Notes: a model not told the origin generated them from the letters alone. A DNA stretch of 64,000 bases from an uncultured Chloroflexia bacterium (GCA_963768655.1 CAVYIM010000003.1:384001-448000), one strand, 5' to 3'. Shown: positions 36,538 to 46,698, counted from the stretch's first letter. Made by a program: numbers and translations.

Positions 36538-37656
36538 ATGCTTGTCGGTGTGCCCCGCGAGATCAAGGATAACGAGTTCCGCGTCGGTCTGACGCCGAGT
36601 GCCGTTCGAGAGCTCGTCTCCCACGGCCACAAGGTCGTGGTCCAGGCTGGCGCCGGCGCGGTGATCGATCTCGACGATGACCGGTATCAGGCGTCCGGGG
36701 CTGAGATCGTGCCCGAGGCCGCCGAGGTGTTCGCTCGCGCCGATCTCGTGGTGAAAGTCAAGGAGCCGCAACCGCAAGAGATCGCGATGCTGCGTGAGGG
36801 CCAGATCCTGTTCACGTATCTGCACCTCGCCCCCGACGCGTCGCAGACGCAGGGCCTGCTCAAGGCGGGCTGCGTGGCGATTGCCTACGAGACGGTCACG
36901 GACGAGCGAGGCGGCTTGCCGCTGCTCGCCCCGATGAGCGAGGTCGCCGGCCGGATGTCGATCCAGGCCGGCGCCCACGCGCTCGAGAAGGAGGCGGGCG
37001 GGCGCGGCGTGCTGTTGGGCGGCGTGCCCGGCGTGCCGCCGGCCAAGGTCGTGATACTCGGCGGCGGCGTCGTCGGCATGAACGCGCTGCGCATGGCCCT
37101 GGGCCTCGAGGCGGACGTGACGGTCATCGACAAGTCGCTGCCCCGGCTCAAGGAGCTCGACCTGGCGTTCGCGCCCGCGCTCCGGACGCTCTACGCGACC
37201 GTGGACGTCATCGAGGAGAACGTGCTGGCCGCGGACCTGGTGATCGGCGCGGTGCTGCTGCCGGGTGGCACTGCGCCGCGGCTCGTGACGCGCGAGATGG
37301 TCCGGGCCATGAAGCGGGGCTCCGTAGTGGTAGACGTCTCGATCGACCAGGGCGGTTGCTTCGACACGTCCCGGCCGACGACGCATTCGCACCCGACGTA
37401 CGTCGTGGACGACGTTGTGCACTACTGCGTCACGAACATGCCCGGAGCCGTGGCCCGCACATCGACGTTCGCGCTGAACAACGCCACTCTGCCGTTCACG
37501 CTGGCCCTGGCGGACAAGGGCTGGCGCAAGGCGCTGGCGGACGACTGCCATCTGCGCGACGGCCTCAACGTCTGCTGCGGCAACGTGACCTACAGCGCCG
37601 TGGCCCAGGCGCACGGCCTCGAGTACGTCACGCCTGAGAAGGTGCTCGGGATCTAG
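36538..37656 (+). CDS. ald: Alanine dehydrogenase
   Basis: [58 protein letters not shown]. Confidence 0.96.
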   Translation: MLVGVPREIKDNEFRVGLTPSAVRELVSHGHKVVVQAGAGAVIDLDDDRYQASGAEIVPEAAEVFARADLVVKVKEPQPQEIAMLREGQILFTYLHLAPDASQTQGLLKAGCVAIAYETVTDERGGLPLLAPMSEVAGRMSIQAGAHALEKEAGGRGVLLGGVPGVPPAKVVILGGGVVGMNALRMALGLEADVTVIDKSLPRLKELDLAFAPALRTLYATVDVIEENVLAADLVIGAVLLPGGTAPRLVTREMVRAMKRGSVVVDVSIDQGGCFDTSRPTTHSHPTYVVDDVVHYCVTNMPGAVARTSTFALNNATLPFTLALADKGWRKALADDCHLRDGLNVCCGNVTYSAVAQAHGLEYVTPEKVLGI

Positions 37657-37661
37657 CGCGC

Positions 37662-38357
37662 ATGCGGTTCGACCTGTATCTCGAATCCGGGCCTCAGCAC
37701 AAGCGGACCTGGGTTTACGTGCCGGGCCTGCCTGGCTGCGTGGCGTTCGGGCCGACGACCGAGCAGGCGATCGAGAACGCGGCGGGCGCGATTCGCGGGC
37801 GTCTCGACTTCCTGAGACGACACGGTGAGGATCCGCCTGACCCGGAGCCGATCGAACTGCACGTTGCCGAGCACGTCATCGAGCGGAAGTTCCTCGGGTT
37901 CGGGTGGCAGATTGCGGCCACAGATAGGGAGCCGCTCAGCGCCGATGATGCCGCCCGCCAGCTGCGTTGGGCGGGGTGGTCTCGCGAGGAGCTCGTGGCC
38001 GCGGCACGAGCCCAGCTCCTGCCGCTGGCCGAAGCCCCACCATCGGGCAGCCGGCCCGCAGCCGCGATCCTCTCCCACGTCGCCGGCTCGGAGTGGTCCT
38101 ACGTGAACACTGCTCTCGGAACGGTGCCCGGGTACTCGGCCGCGATCGCGGCGATCGAGGCGGCCGGCAACGAGCCCTGGGCCGCCCTCGCAGCCGAGCG
38201 TGCGACGCTGATGGCCCGCCTGCGCGCCATGACGCCCGAGGAGTTGACTCGCGTCGTCGAACGGGAAGGCAGGCCGCCAAACACCGCTCGGCGCATGCTG
38301 CGGCGACTGCTCGAACACGAATGGGAGCACGTCCTGGAGCTTCGGGCTCGCGTCTAG
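37662..38357 (+). CDS. HicB-like N-domain fused to a DinB-like helical domain
   Basis: VPGLPGCVAFGPTTEQAI (HicB RNase-H-like); ILSHVA..E..Y and RRLLEHEWEH (DinB His triad). Confidence 0.75.
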   Translation: MRFDLYLESGPQHKRTWVYVPGLPGCVAFGPTTEQAIENAAGAIRGRLDFLRRHGEDPPDPEPIELHVAEHVIERKFLGFGWQIAATDREPLSADDAARQLRWAGWSREELVAAARAQLLPLAEAPPSGSRPAAAILSHVAGSEWSYVNTALGTVPGYSAAIAAIEAAGNEPWAALAAERATLMARLRAMTPEELTRVVEREGRPPNTARRMLRRLLEHEWEHVLELRARV

Positions 38358-38427
38358 CAGAGACGCACAACGCAAGACCGGCGCCGGCGCGCCGGTCCCA
38401 GTCTCCGTCGAAATCAGATCAGCCGGG

Positions 38428-38946
38428 TCAGAGGCCCAACACCATCAGCGCGACTTCCGGGTCGACTTCTTCCTTCAAGAGACCGGCCAGACGATCCGCC
38501 GCTCGCTGCGTCAAAGGCGTTCCCCAATTGAACCGAGCGTTTCCCGACTTCAGATCGTAGTCGTCGATCCTGGACTGGCTGAACCGGGCGCGATGGCGCT
38601 CGCAGCAGTTGACCGTGAGGTCGCTCTCGCTCTCGATGCCGTGGCCGGTGATGTAGTACCTGCCGATCTTGGCGACGACCTCGACAGGGCCGGTGCCGTT
38701 GGCGTAGAAGCCAACCGTCTGCACGGCCTCGCGCCCGAGCCAGGTCGCGACCGCCTCGACCAGCACGGCCGATGCCTTGGCCTCCAGCCAGCCGTCACCG
38801 CGGACTATCTGGGCGATAGCGCGGCCGATGCTGGCGGCCTCCTCATTGACGAGAACGGCCATGAACTCGCGATTCAGAGAAGCAACCGCCTGGCTCGCGC
38901 CTGTGGCGGCTGGTCCGTTCTGACGCTGACGATCTGGCTGATCCAC
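38428..38946 (-). CDS. Hypothetical protein
   Basis: GC3-rich from ATG 38862 (alternative GTG 38946); own promoter-like sequence upstream. Confidence 0.6.
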   Translation of the reverse strand: MDQPDRQRQNGPAATGASQAVASLNREFMAVLVNEEAASIGRAIAQIVRGDGWLEAKASAVLVEAVATWLGREAVQTVGFYANGTGPVEVVAKIGRYYITGHGIESESDLTVNCCERHRARFSQSRIDDYDLKSGNARFNWGTPLTQRAADRLAGLLKEEVDPEVALMVLGL

Positions 38947-38979
38947 AGTTCACTCTTGAATAGGACCGTGTGCGGAATC

Positions 38980-39007
38980 ACCTTAGACGAGCCTTTCAGC
39001 GCGTCAA
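38980..39007 (-). promoter_or_regulatory. sigma70-type promoter TTGACG-N16-TAAGGT
   Basis: Minus strand ttgacg cgctgaaaggctcgtc taaggt in a lower-GC intergenic stretch. Confidence 0.5.
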
Positions 39008-39176
39008 GGGCCGCCTTACGGGTTATCTCGCCGGTACTTTTGGCTGCAGTTAGTGGTTCTCCGGTGCGGACGCTGGGTGTTGCCCGGCTGCACCTCTCCA
39101 AGTGCGCCTGGGCCGATCTCGGCCGCTGCGCTGCCGTCGAGGCGGTGCCAGCTGGCAACGCCCAGGGATTCGAATC

Positions 39177-40832
39177 TTAGCTCGCCCCGGCCCGCTCGGC
39201 ACCCCCAAGTGCGTCGCCCACGACCAGCTGCGCCTGGCCAATGATCCGCTCGAGATGCCTCTCCCCGAGGAAGCTTTCGGCGTAGACCTTGTAGACGTCC
39301 TCCGTCCCTGAGGGGCGGGCGGCGAACCAGCCGTGCTCCGTCGACACTTTGACCCCGCCGATCGGCGCGTCGTTGCCGGGGGCACGTGTGAGCACCGACA
39401 GGATCGGCTCGCCGGCCAGCTCCGAGGCGGAGATCTGCTCCGGCGACAGCTTCGCGAGCACTGCTTTCTGCTCGCGAGTCGCCGGGGCATCGATGCGGCG
39501 ATAGGCAGGCGCCCCGTACCTGGCCGTCAGCCGGCCGTACGCGACGGCCGGGTTGTGCCCACTCCTGGCGGTCAGCTCCGCCGCGAGCAGGCAGGCGATC
39601 AGCCCGTCCTTGTCGGTCGTCCAGACGGTGCCGTCGCGGCGCAGGAAGGATGCGCCGGCGCTCTCCTCGCCGCCAAATCCGACGCACCCGTCCACGAGCC
39701 CATCCACGAACCACTTGAAGCCCACGGGAACCTCGAGCAGCTTGCGGCCCAGCTCCCCGGCGACGCGGTCGATCATGCTCGTCGACACGAGGGTCTTGCC
39801 GATGGCCACGTCCGGCCGCCAGTCGCGGTGGCGGTACAGGTACTCGATCGCGGCCGAGAGAAAGTGGTTCGGGTTCATGAGCCCCGCCGCTCCGGCCACG
39901 ATCCCGTGGCGGTCGGCGTCGGTGTCGTTGGCGAAGGCGACGTCGAAGCGGTCCTTCAGCGCGACCAGGCGGGCCATGGCGTACGGCGACGAGGGGTCCA
40001 TTCGAATCCGGCCGTCCCAGTCGACGGTCATGAACGCGAATTGCGGATCGACCACTTCGTTGGTGACGGTGAGGTCCAGGTGATACCGATCGCGGATCGC
40101 GGCCCAGTAGCCGACGCTTGCCCCGCCGAGCGGATCGACTCCGAGCTTCAGACCGGATGCCCGGATCGCCTCCATGTCGAGGACGCGGGCAAGGTCGGCG
40201 ACGTATACGCCGGTGAAGTCGTACCGGCCCACCTGGGCGATGGCCGTGTCGTAGGCAGTACGCCTCACGCCGGCCAGACCGGCGCGCAGAAGGTCGTTCG
40301 CCTCGCGCTGGATCGCGCCGGTCACCTCGGTGTCGGCCGGGCCGCCGTTGGGTGGGTTGTACTTGAAGCCGCCGTCCTCGGGCGGGTTGTGCGAGGGCGT
40401 CACGACGATGCCGTCGGCCAGACCGTCGTGCCGTCCGCGGTTGTAGGTCAGGATCGCATGCGATATCGATGGTGTGGGCGTGAGGCCGCCCGCGCTGTCG
40501 ACGAGGACGGATACGCCGTTGGCATTCAGCACTTCGATGGCTGAACGAGTGGCAGGCTCGGAGAGGGCGTGGCTGTCTTTGCCGATGAAGAGCGGCCCGT
40601 CGATGCCCTGGCTGCGCCGGTAGCGGCAGATCGCTTCGCAGGTGGCGAGGATGTGGTTCTCGTTGAAGGAGCCGTTGAGCGACGAGCCGCGGTGGCCCGA
40701 GGTCCCGAATGCGATCTGCTGCGCCGGCAGCCCGGGATCCGGCTTGATGTCGTAGTACGCGGCGATCAAGCGATCCACATTCACCAGCATCGACGGCTCG
40801 GCCGGTTTGCCTGCCCGCTCGCTCACTGCCAC
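39177..40832 (-). CDS. pgm: Phosphoglucomutase (alpha-D-glucose-1,6-bisP dependent)
   Basis: [37 protein letters not shown]. Confidence 0.96.
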   Translation of the reverse strand: MAVSERAGKPAEPSMLVNVDRLIAAYYDIKPDPGLPAQQIAFGTSGHRGSSLNGSFNENHILATCEAICRYRRSQGIDGPLFIGKDSHALSEPATRSAIEVLNANGVSVLVDSAGGLTPTPSISHAILTYNRGRHDGLADGIVVTPSHNPPEDGGFKYNPPNGGPADTEVTGAIQREANDLLRAGLAGVRRTAYDTAIAQVGRYDFTGVYVADLARVLDMEAIRASGLKLGVDPLGGASVGYWAAIRDRYHLDLTVTNEVVDPQFAFMTVDWDGRIRMDPSSPYAMARLVALKDRFDVAFANDTDADRHGIVAGAAGLMNPNHFLSAAIEYLYRHRDWRPDVAIGKTLVSTSMIDRVAGELGRKLLEVPVGFKWFVDGLVDGCVGFGGEESAGASFLRRDGTVWTTDKDGLIACLLAAELTARSGHNPAVAYGRLTARYGAPAYRRIDAPATREQKAVLAKLSPEQISASELAGEPILSVLTRAPGNDAPIGGVKVSTEHGWFAARPSGTEDVYKVYAESFLGERHLERIIGQAQLVVGDALGGAERAGAS

Positions 40833-40964
40833 TTCTTGTCTACCTCGTCGCGCTTCTGAGTGTGGTCATGATGACGCGCCCGGCGCCCCCGAGCCAGCGG
40901 CCGTCGTACGCGGGCAAGCTTGCACGTCGGCGCCGCCTCGGGGCTGTCTCCGGCCGGCTCTCGT

Positions 40965-41993
40965 CTAGTACGGGAACGCCAGAGGCGCGGCGGTGGCGGC
41001 CTGGCCCAGGTACGGCATGCCCCAGGCGTCCTCGATGGTCCGCAAGATCGAGTAGTGGTCGGCAAAACCCGTGAATCGGGCGGCGGGGGTCATCCCCGGG
41101 CTGACGGCAATGGTGGCTATGTGCCCGCCACCGTGGGCGTCCGTGTCGCCCTCGTCCCATGTGATGAAGAGCACTGAGTCCGCGAAGGCCGGGCTGTTGA
41201 TGATCGAGGGCACGAACGACTTGAGGAACGCGTCGCCGGTGGCGACCTCGCTGCACGTCGAGCACGCCACCGAGTGCATGTCGTTGAACATGTTGGGAAT
41301 GATCAGCTCGAAGTTGGCGGCAGCCGGATCGAAGCCGGTCAGGCCCGTGATGTTGGCGCAGCGGGTCTTGTTCGACTCGATGTCCGAGTAGCTGATGGCC
41401 GGGTTGTGCTTGCGCGCGTACTGGCCCGGCAGGCCGGGTCCATCTTTGACGCCCGTGGGACCCGAGGTCGTGGCGCACTTGCCCGGATAGCCCTGGGCGT
41501 ATACGTGCCAGGTCAGTCCGGCCTCCTCGATCTGGTCGAAGAGGTTGGTTACCCTGAGGTTGTAGTAGCCGTCGCTGTTCGTGCCGTTCAGGCCGCCCGA
41601 CGTGAGGGCGATGTAGTTGGGCTCGGACGGGTGCGTCTCGGCGTAGAACTGGGTGGCCAACCCGTAGTGGGCGATCAGCGAGTTCTCGTAGGGGGCCGCC
41701 TTCGAGCCGACGATACTGCCGTACTCCTTGTTCTCCAGGATGATCACGTAGACGTGCTTGAAGTCAGGGATTCCTTCGGTCAGCGTGGGCGCGGGGGTCG
41801 GCGTCGGGGCCGGTGTCGCGGTCGGAGCTGGCGAAGGGCTGGGGGAGGCGGTGGGCGTCGGAAGGGCGGCCGTTGGGCTGGCCGTCGTCGGCGGCGTCGG
41901 AGTCGGCGTCAGGTTTGGGCTGCCGCAGGCGGCGGCCACGAACGCACCTGCAACGACGATGCCCGCAAGCCGCGATGTCCTGCCACGTGCCAT
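40965..41993 (-). CDS. Phosphoesterase/acid phosphatase family lipoprotein
   Basis: Lipobox VAAAC, PT linker, HVYVIILENK, HPSEPNY, ARKHNP, NDMH, TWDE, DHYSILRTIE. Confidence 0.88.
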   Translation of the reverse strand: MARGRTSRLAGIVVAGAFVAAACGSPNLTPTPTPPTTASPTAALPTPTASPSPSPAPTATPAPTPTPAPTLTEGIPDFKHVYVIILENKEYGSIVGSKAAPYENSLIAHYGLATQFYAETHPSEPNYIALTSGGLNGTNSDGYYNLRVTNLFDQIEEAGLTWHVYAQGYPGKCATTSGPTGVKDGPGLPGQYARKHNPAISYSDIESNKTRCANITGLTGFDPAAANFELIIPNMFNDMHSVACSTCSEVATGDAFLKSFVPSIINSPAFADSVLFITWDEGDTDAHGGGHIATIAVSPGMTPAARFTGFADHYSILRTIEDAWGMPYLGQAATAAPLAFPY

Positions 41994-42128
41994 CTCTGTC
42001 ACCCCAATGGCGGCGCACCCGTGAGTCTCGAATCAGGGTACACCTGCCGGCCGAACAGCCGAAAAGGCTCGGGCGGGGTTAGTCTGACGGCGATTCGGAC
42101 CACCCAACTGCTCGCACGGGGTGTTCAA

Positions 42129-42686
42129 ATGGACGACCTCTCGACATTCGCGGCGGAGCGGCTCCGGCCGCTGATACGCGTCCGGCAGATCCGTGACTTC
42201 GCCGATCGGGCGGTCTCGCCGGCGGAGCTGGAGGCCATCGCCGACGTGGCGCGCTGGTCCGGCAGCAGCAGCAATGCGCAGCCGTGGCGATTCGTGCTGG
42301 TTCGACGGATGGACACGATCCGACGCCTGGCCGAGGCCGCCATGCCTCAGACGAGAGCCCTCCAGACAGCGACGGCGGCGATCGCCATCGTCGTCCCGGA
42401 TGAAGCCGGGCGTGCCGTCTCATATGCCTACGACGAAGGGCGCGCCTCGGAGCGCATCCTCATTGCCGCGTCCATCCTGGGCCTGGGAGCGGGCATCACG
42501 TGGATTCTCCCGGACGCACGCGAAAAGATCCATTCCGTCCTGGCCATCCCTGAGGGCCGGTTCGTGCGGACGATCGTGGCCATCGGACACCCGAGCGAGG
42601 CGGCGCGCGCACCGAAGTCGGCCCCGGGCACCGCCCGGTTGCCGCGCAGCGAAGTCGTGTTCGAGGAAAGTTGGCCGAAAGGCTGA
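42129..42686 (+). CDS. Nitroreductase family protein
   Basis: RVRQIRDF, SSSNAQPWRF, DEGRASE, LGLGAG, VAIGHP. Confidence 0.88.
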   Translation: MDDLSTFAAERLRPLIRVRQIRDFADRAVSPAELEAIADVARWSGSSSNAQPWRFVLVRRMDTIRRLAEAAMPQTRALQTATAAIAIVVPDEAGRAVSYAYDEGRASERILIAASILGLGAGITWILPDAREKIHSVLAIPEGRFVRTIVAIGHPSEAARAPKSAPGTARLPRSEVVFEESWPKG

Positions 42687-42720
42687 TCCGCTCGGCTTCC
42701 CTACCTCGTCGCCTGTCGAT

Positions 42721-44400
42721 CTACTCGGCGCCCTCGGCCGCCGGCCCCCGCCCCGGCGCAGCGGGAACGGTGCGGATCCCCGCCCGAGCCGCTTGCTCAG
42801 CGTGGAAGTGGGCCCGCAACGGCTTCTCCTTGAGGCCGAGCACGGCCACGAAGGAGACTGCCGAGGCCACCACGCCCAGCCAGACTGAGTTGGCGATGGC
42901 GAGGGAGAAGGCGTTGTAGAAACCCGTGGCGAATGGCTCCCTGAGAGCCGCCGGCAGGGCCGCGAATGCGTCCGCCACCGAGCCTCCGACTGAGATGAGC
43001 TGGTTGGGATCGAACGCCGCGGGCGCCGTCGCGGGCACGTTCGAAGCGGGCACGCCGGCCGGCAGGGCGGCCACGATCGAGTTGTGGATCGAATCCCAGG
43101 TCAGGTTCTCGCGGAACAGCGTGAAGGCCATCGTCAGTCCAACCGACGTGCCGATCTGGCGGAACAGAGTCAGATCGCTGGTGGCGGTGCCGAGGCGCTC
43201 GAACGGGACGTCGTTCTGGACGATCAGCGTGAAGATGGCCATCGTCGGGCCAACGCCGAGTCCGGCGATCAGCATCCACGCCGACAGCGCGACAAAGCTC
43301 GTGTCCGCGCGGAGATTCCCGAACAGCCAGACGCCGACGCCCATGAAGACCAGGCCGACTGCCAGCAGAACCTTGTATCGGCCGGTCCGGCTGACGATCT
43401 GGCCGGCTGCGATCGAGCTGACGATGAGCCCGAACAGGAACGGGAAGAGCAGATAGCCGGATGCCGTAGTGCTCTCGCCCTTGACGATCTGGAACCAGAG
43501 CGGCAGGAAGATGATCAAGATCGAGAAGCCGAAGACCGCGAAGAAGGTTGCGGCCGAGGAGACGGCGAAGGTCCGGTTGCGGAACAGATCCAGCGGGATC
43601 ATCGGGTCCCTGGCCCGGGCCTCGGCGACGATGAAGGCAACCAGGAAGACCACGCCGACGACGAACCAGCCGACGACGGAAGGATCGAGCCAGCTGGTGG
43701 TTTCGGCCAGGGTGAGGGCGATCAGAACCGGAACTACGGCGCCCACGAAGGTGACGACGCCGACGACGTCGAGCGAGAGGTGGGCGTTCTTGGGGTGGAC
43801 CATCGGCAGCAGCCGGCCGATCAGGTACAGCGAGACGAGCCCGACCGGGACGTTGACGAAGAAGATCCAGTGCCAGGAGAGGTTGTCCGTGAGGACGCCG
43901 CCGAGGAACGGTCCGACCAGGAAGGCGACGCCGAAGACGCCACCGAACAGACCCTGGTACTTGCCTCGCTCGACCGGCGTGAACAGGTCGCCGATCACGG
44001 CCAGAGAAATCGGGAAGAGGGCACCCGCGCCGAGACCCTGGAGGCCGCGGAAGGCGATCAGCTCCCCCATGGTCTGGCTCAGGCCCGAGAGCACTGACCC
44101 GATCAAGAAGAGCACGATGCCGATGAGCAGCATCGGCTTTCGGCCGAAGAAGTCGGACAGCTTGCCGTAGACCGGGATCGCCGCGGTGCTCGTCACCAGG
44201 TACGAGGTGACGACCCACGTGTACAGGTCGGAGCCGTTGAGCTCCGTCGAGATCCTGGGCAGCACCGGGCCCACGATCGTCTGGTCCAGGGCACCGAGGA
44301 ATAGAGCCAGCATGATGGCGCCCATGATCTCGAACCGCGCTCGGGGGTTGACCTCGATCGCAGCGTGCGCGGGGGCGCTCATTGCGTTCTCCGCCGTCAT
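42721..44400 (-). CDS. MFS multidrug efflux transporter, DHA2 (EmrB/QacA) family
   Basis: LGALDQTIV, WVVTSYL, YGKLSDFFGRK, RGLQGLG, WHWIFFVNVP; about 14 TM helices. Confidence 0.93.
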   Translation of the reverse strand: MTAENAMSAPAHAAIEVNPRARFEIMGAIMLALFLGALDQTIVGPVLPRISTELNGSDLYTWVVTSYLVTSTAAIPVYGKLSDFFGRKPMLLIGIVLFLIGSVLSGLSQTMGELIAFRGLQGLGAGALFPISLAVIGDLFTPVERGKYQGLFGGVFGVAFLVGPFLGGVLTDNLSWHWIFFVNVPVGLVSLYLIGRLLPMVHPKNAHLSLDVVGVVTFVGAVVPVLIALTLAETTSWLDPSVVGWFVVGVVFLVAFIVAEARARDPMIPLDLFRNRTFAVSSAATFFAVFGFSILIIFLPLWFQIVKGESTTASGYLLFPFLFGLIVSSIAAGQIVSRTGRYKVLLAVGLVFMGVGVWLFGNLRADTSFVALSAWMLIAGLGVGPTMAIFTLIVQNDVPFERLGTATSDLTLFRQIGTSVGLTMAFTLFRENLTWDSIHNSIVAALPAGVPASNVPATAPAAFDPNQLISVGGSVADAFAALPAALREPFATGFYNAFSLAIANSVWLGVVASAVSFVAVLGLKEKPLRAHFHAEQAARAGIRTVPAAPGRGPAAEGAE

Positions 44401-44692
44401 TGGTTCTCCTTGCCTTGCGAGGCAGTTGGTTCTCAGCGGCTTCGCGGAAGCCGCCCAAAGTCAAGATTGGGCTCGGTCCGTGCGGACCTCGTGAACGTAC
44501 GTCGGAGGAGTGGTGCATTGAGCACGGCCCCGGCAAGATCGCGTGATCCCCGGCGACGAGCGGACCGAGATGATACGGTCGGAAATGGAATAGTGCCCGG
44601 AGCGGCGGCATCTTGCCCGACGAGGGGCCCGGTCGCCCACGGGGCGCAACCCACACCGCGGAGCGTGGCCGCGAGCAGCCAGCGGCGAGCAG

Positions 44693-45334
44693 CTAGCCGA
44701 TCCTGCGCGCGACGACCTCGATCAAGTGGAAATGATGCGGCTCACCGAGCGCCGTCTGCGAGTCCTCTTCTTTGACGTTCCAGTATTCGATGTCGAAACC
44801 GGCCAGGTCCTCCTCGATGCGTTCGGGCGGAAGGCAGGTCATCGTCTCCTCCGTTGCCGAGGCGTCGCGGTCGCCGAAGAGCATGGCCGCGAATCGCGAT
44901 CCCGGCGCCAGGGCCGACACGATTCGGCGCCAAGTCGCAGCGTACTGGTCGGGCGCGAGGAACGGCAGGCACAAGCTGGCGTTGACCAGGTCGCAGGGCG
45001 GGATTTCCACCGTGGCGAGATCCCCGATGCGAGTCTCGAGGCGGGCGCCGAGCATGGGGCCGGCGGCGGCCGCGAGCGTCTGGAGGGCCGCCGGTTCACG
45101 GTCTACTGCCAGGACGTGCCAGCCAGCTCGCAGCAACTCGCGGGCGTCGCGACCGGCGCCGCAGCCCAGATCCACGGCCAGTCGCTCGCGGCGCGGACGG
45201 CGCTCGGCGCCGGATCCGGCGGCCGCGTCATCCTCCGCCTTGAACCGCTCGATGGCGATCCGGACCGTATCCCAGGCCGGCCGCTCGACCGTGACGTGGT
45301 AGTAGCGTGTCCAGTACTCGGAATCCTCGGTCAT
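44693..45334 (-). CDS. Class I SAM-dependent methyltransferase
   Basis: AVDLGCGAGRD, VLAVD, DLVNAS. Confidence 0.88.
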   Translation of the reverse strand: MTEDSEYWTRYYHVTVERPAWDTVRIAIERFKAEDDAAAGSGAERRPRRERLAVDLGCGAGRDARELLRAGWHVLAVDREPAALQTLAAAAGPMLGARLETRIGDLATVEIPPCDLVNASLCLPFLAPDQYAATWRRIVSALAPGSRFAAMLFGDRDASATEETMTCLPPERIEEDLAGFDIEYWNVKEEDSQTALGEPHHFHLIEVVARRIG

Positions 45335-45389
45335 GGCCGAGCAGCGTATCAGCAGGGCGCGGCCCCGGCAACGAAAGCCCGGCAACGAA

Positions 45390-45416
45390 AGAGCGGGGCC
45401 CGGCGGGCCCCGCTCT
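45390..45416 (-). terminator. Intrinsic terminator after the ECF sigma operon
   Basis: 12-bp stem agagcggggccc / gggccccgctct followed by TTTCGTT on the minus strand. Confidence 0.72.
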
Positions 45417-45448
45417 GTAGGCGATCTGCTCTTTCGTCGGCGCGTCGG

Positions 45449-46102
45449 TCAGGGCCAGATCTCGTGGACCCCCCCGGCGCCGGTGTCGTAGGTGAGCTGC
45501 CAGTAGGGAAGCAGCTCCGGTACCGGGGGGTTGGCCGCCGCCGAGTCGCTTGCCGGATCGGCCGGGAAGCCGTCGGCGCAGGCGACCGCGTCAGTCGGCC
45601 CGGAGCCGCAGCCGTCGTTCCCGTTCGGGAGGGCGGAAAGGCCCGCGAACACGTAGACGATGATTTGGGGAGCCTTGACCGTGCCAGGCTCCGGCGTCGG
45701 GAAAGTGGGCCCGGCGAAGAAAGCTCCCGCCGAGGTGTCCTGCGCGACCATGGCCGCGATCTGCCCGAGGCGGCCATGGGCCAGGCCGCTCTTGACCACT
45801 ACGTTCACGACCTCGACGCCGTCAGTCCGGTTCGCCCGCAGGCCGAAGGATCGGTAGTCCTGTCCACACAGGACGTCGTTCGAAGCGCAGCCTCCCTGCG
45901 CAAAGAGCTGATTCAGCAGCCCGGAATTCGCCGCCAGAACACCGCCGGCCAGGCACAGGGTCGCGGCCAGCGCGAGCGCGATCGCGGCCGGTCGCCCGAG
46001 CCACCGACGCCGCCGTTCCGGCCGCCAGACGGCCTCCATCGGAGGCGCTTTGAAGCGAAGCTGGCTGAGCAGCCCCTCGAGATCGTCGTTCTTGTCATCC
46101 AT
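45449..46102 (-). CDS. Single-pass membrane protein, putative anti-sigma factor
   Basis: Directly downstream of ECF sigma; DLEGLLSQL head, TM helix, Cys pairs in the external domain. Confidence 0.65.
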   Translation of the reverse strand: MDDKNDDLEGLLSQLRFKAPPMEAVWRPERRRRWLGRPAAIALALAATLCLAGGVLAANSGLLNQLFAQGGCASNDVLCGQDYRSFGLRANRTDGVEVVNVVVKSGLAHGRLGQIAAMVAQDTSAGAFFAGPTFPTPEPGTVKAPQIIVYVFAGLSALPNGNDGCGSGPTDAVACADGFPADPASDSAAANPPVPELLPYWQLTYDTGAGGVHEIWP

Positions 46103-46110
46103 GTCGGCTC

Positions 46111-46626
46111 CTATCGGTGCATCTCGCGCCGGAGTCGCTCCAGGGCCCGATGGATGGCCACGCCAACCGCGCCCGGGCTCATCCCCAGCAGTTCGGCAAT
46201 CGCGGGGTTCGTCAGGTCGGCGCCGTAGCGAAGGGCGATGAGGTCCGAGTCCCGCGCAGGCAGGGCGGCGATGGCGGCGTTGAGGGCCACCAGGTCGGCC
46301 AGCCGAGACGTCGGGTCGCCGCCGGAGAACTCCAGCTCTCCGAGGGACAGCTGCAGCGGGCGGCGGCGATGACGCCGGGCCTCGTCTCTGATCGCGTTCA
46401 CGCCCACGGTCAAGAGCCAGCTCTCGATCGAGCCATCGGCGCTGCGCCACTTTCGACGCTGTCGCCAGACTCGCTCGAGGGCGGCGCCGGTGGCGTCTTC
46501 GGCGTCTTCCCGAGGGAGGCGATAGCGGGCATAGGAGTAGAGACGCGGCAGGAGCGCCGGCAACTCGGCGAGAACGGCGTCATCGATAGCCCTCTCGTCG
46601 AACCGTTCCAGCGCCGCCGCCTGCAT
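46111..46626 (-). CDS. ECF RNA polymerase sigma factor
   Basis: LYSYARYR..DAEDAT, SWLL..NAIRD; region 4 IALRYGADLTNPAIA..GAV..HRALERLR; SD GGAGG. Confidence 0.9.
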   Translation of the reverse strand: MQAAALERFDERAIDDAVLAELPALLPRLYSYARYRLPREDAEDATGAALERVWRQRRKWRSADGSIESWLLTVGVNAIRDEARRHRRRPLQLSLGELEFSGGDPTSRLADLVALNAAIAALPARDSDLIALRYGADLTNPAIAELLGMSPGAVGVAIHRALERLRREMHR

Positions 46627-46670
46627 GCTCGCCTCCAGCTCCTGCGTCCTCGACCTGCCTCTACCTTCAA

Positions 46671-46698
46671 CAAACGTTCCCGGCTCGCAATCCATTAC
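46671..46698 (-). promoter_or_regulatory. ECF-type promoter GTAAT-N17-CGTTTG
   Basis: Minus strand gtaat ggattgcgagccgggaa cgtttg about 45 nt upstream of the sigma ATG. Confidence 0.55.

Noticed and set aside
37662-38946. HicB-like gene plus convergent ORF as a toxin-antitoxin pair
   Set aside because: Convergent orientation, and the partner has no HicA features
45364-45391. Tandem cccggcaacgaaag x2 next to the terminator as an att site or target duplication
   Set aside because: No integrase or transposase nearby; likely local slippage duplication
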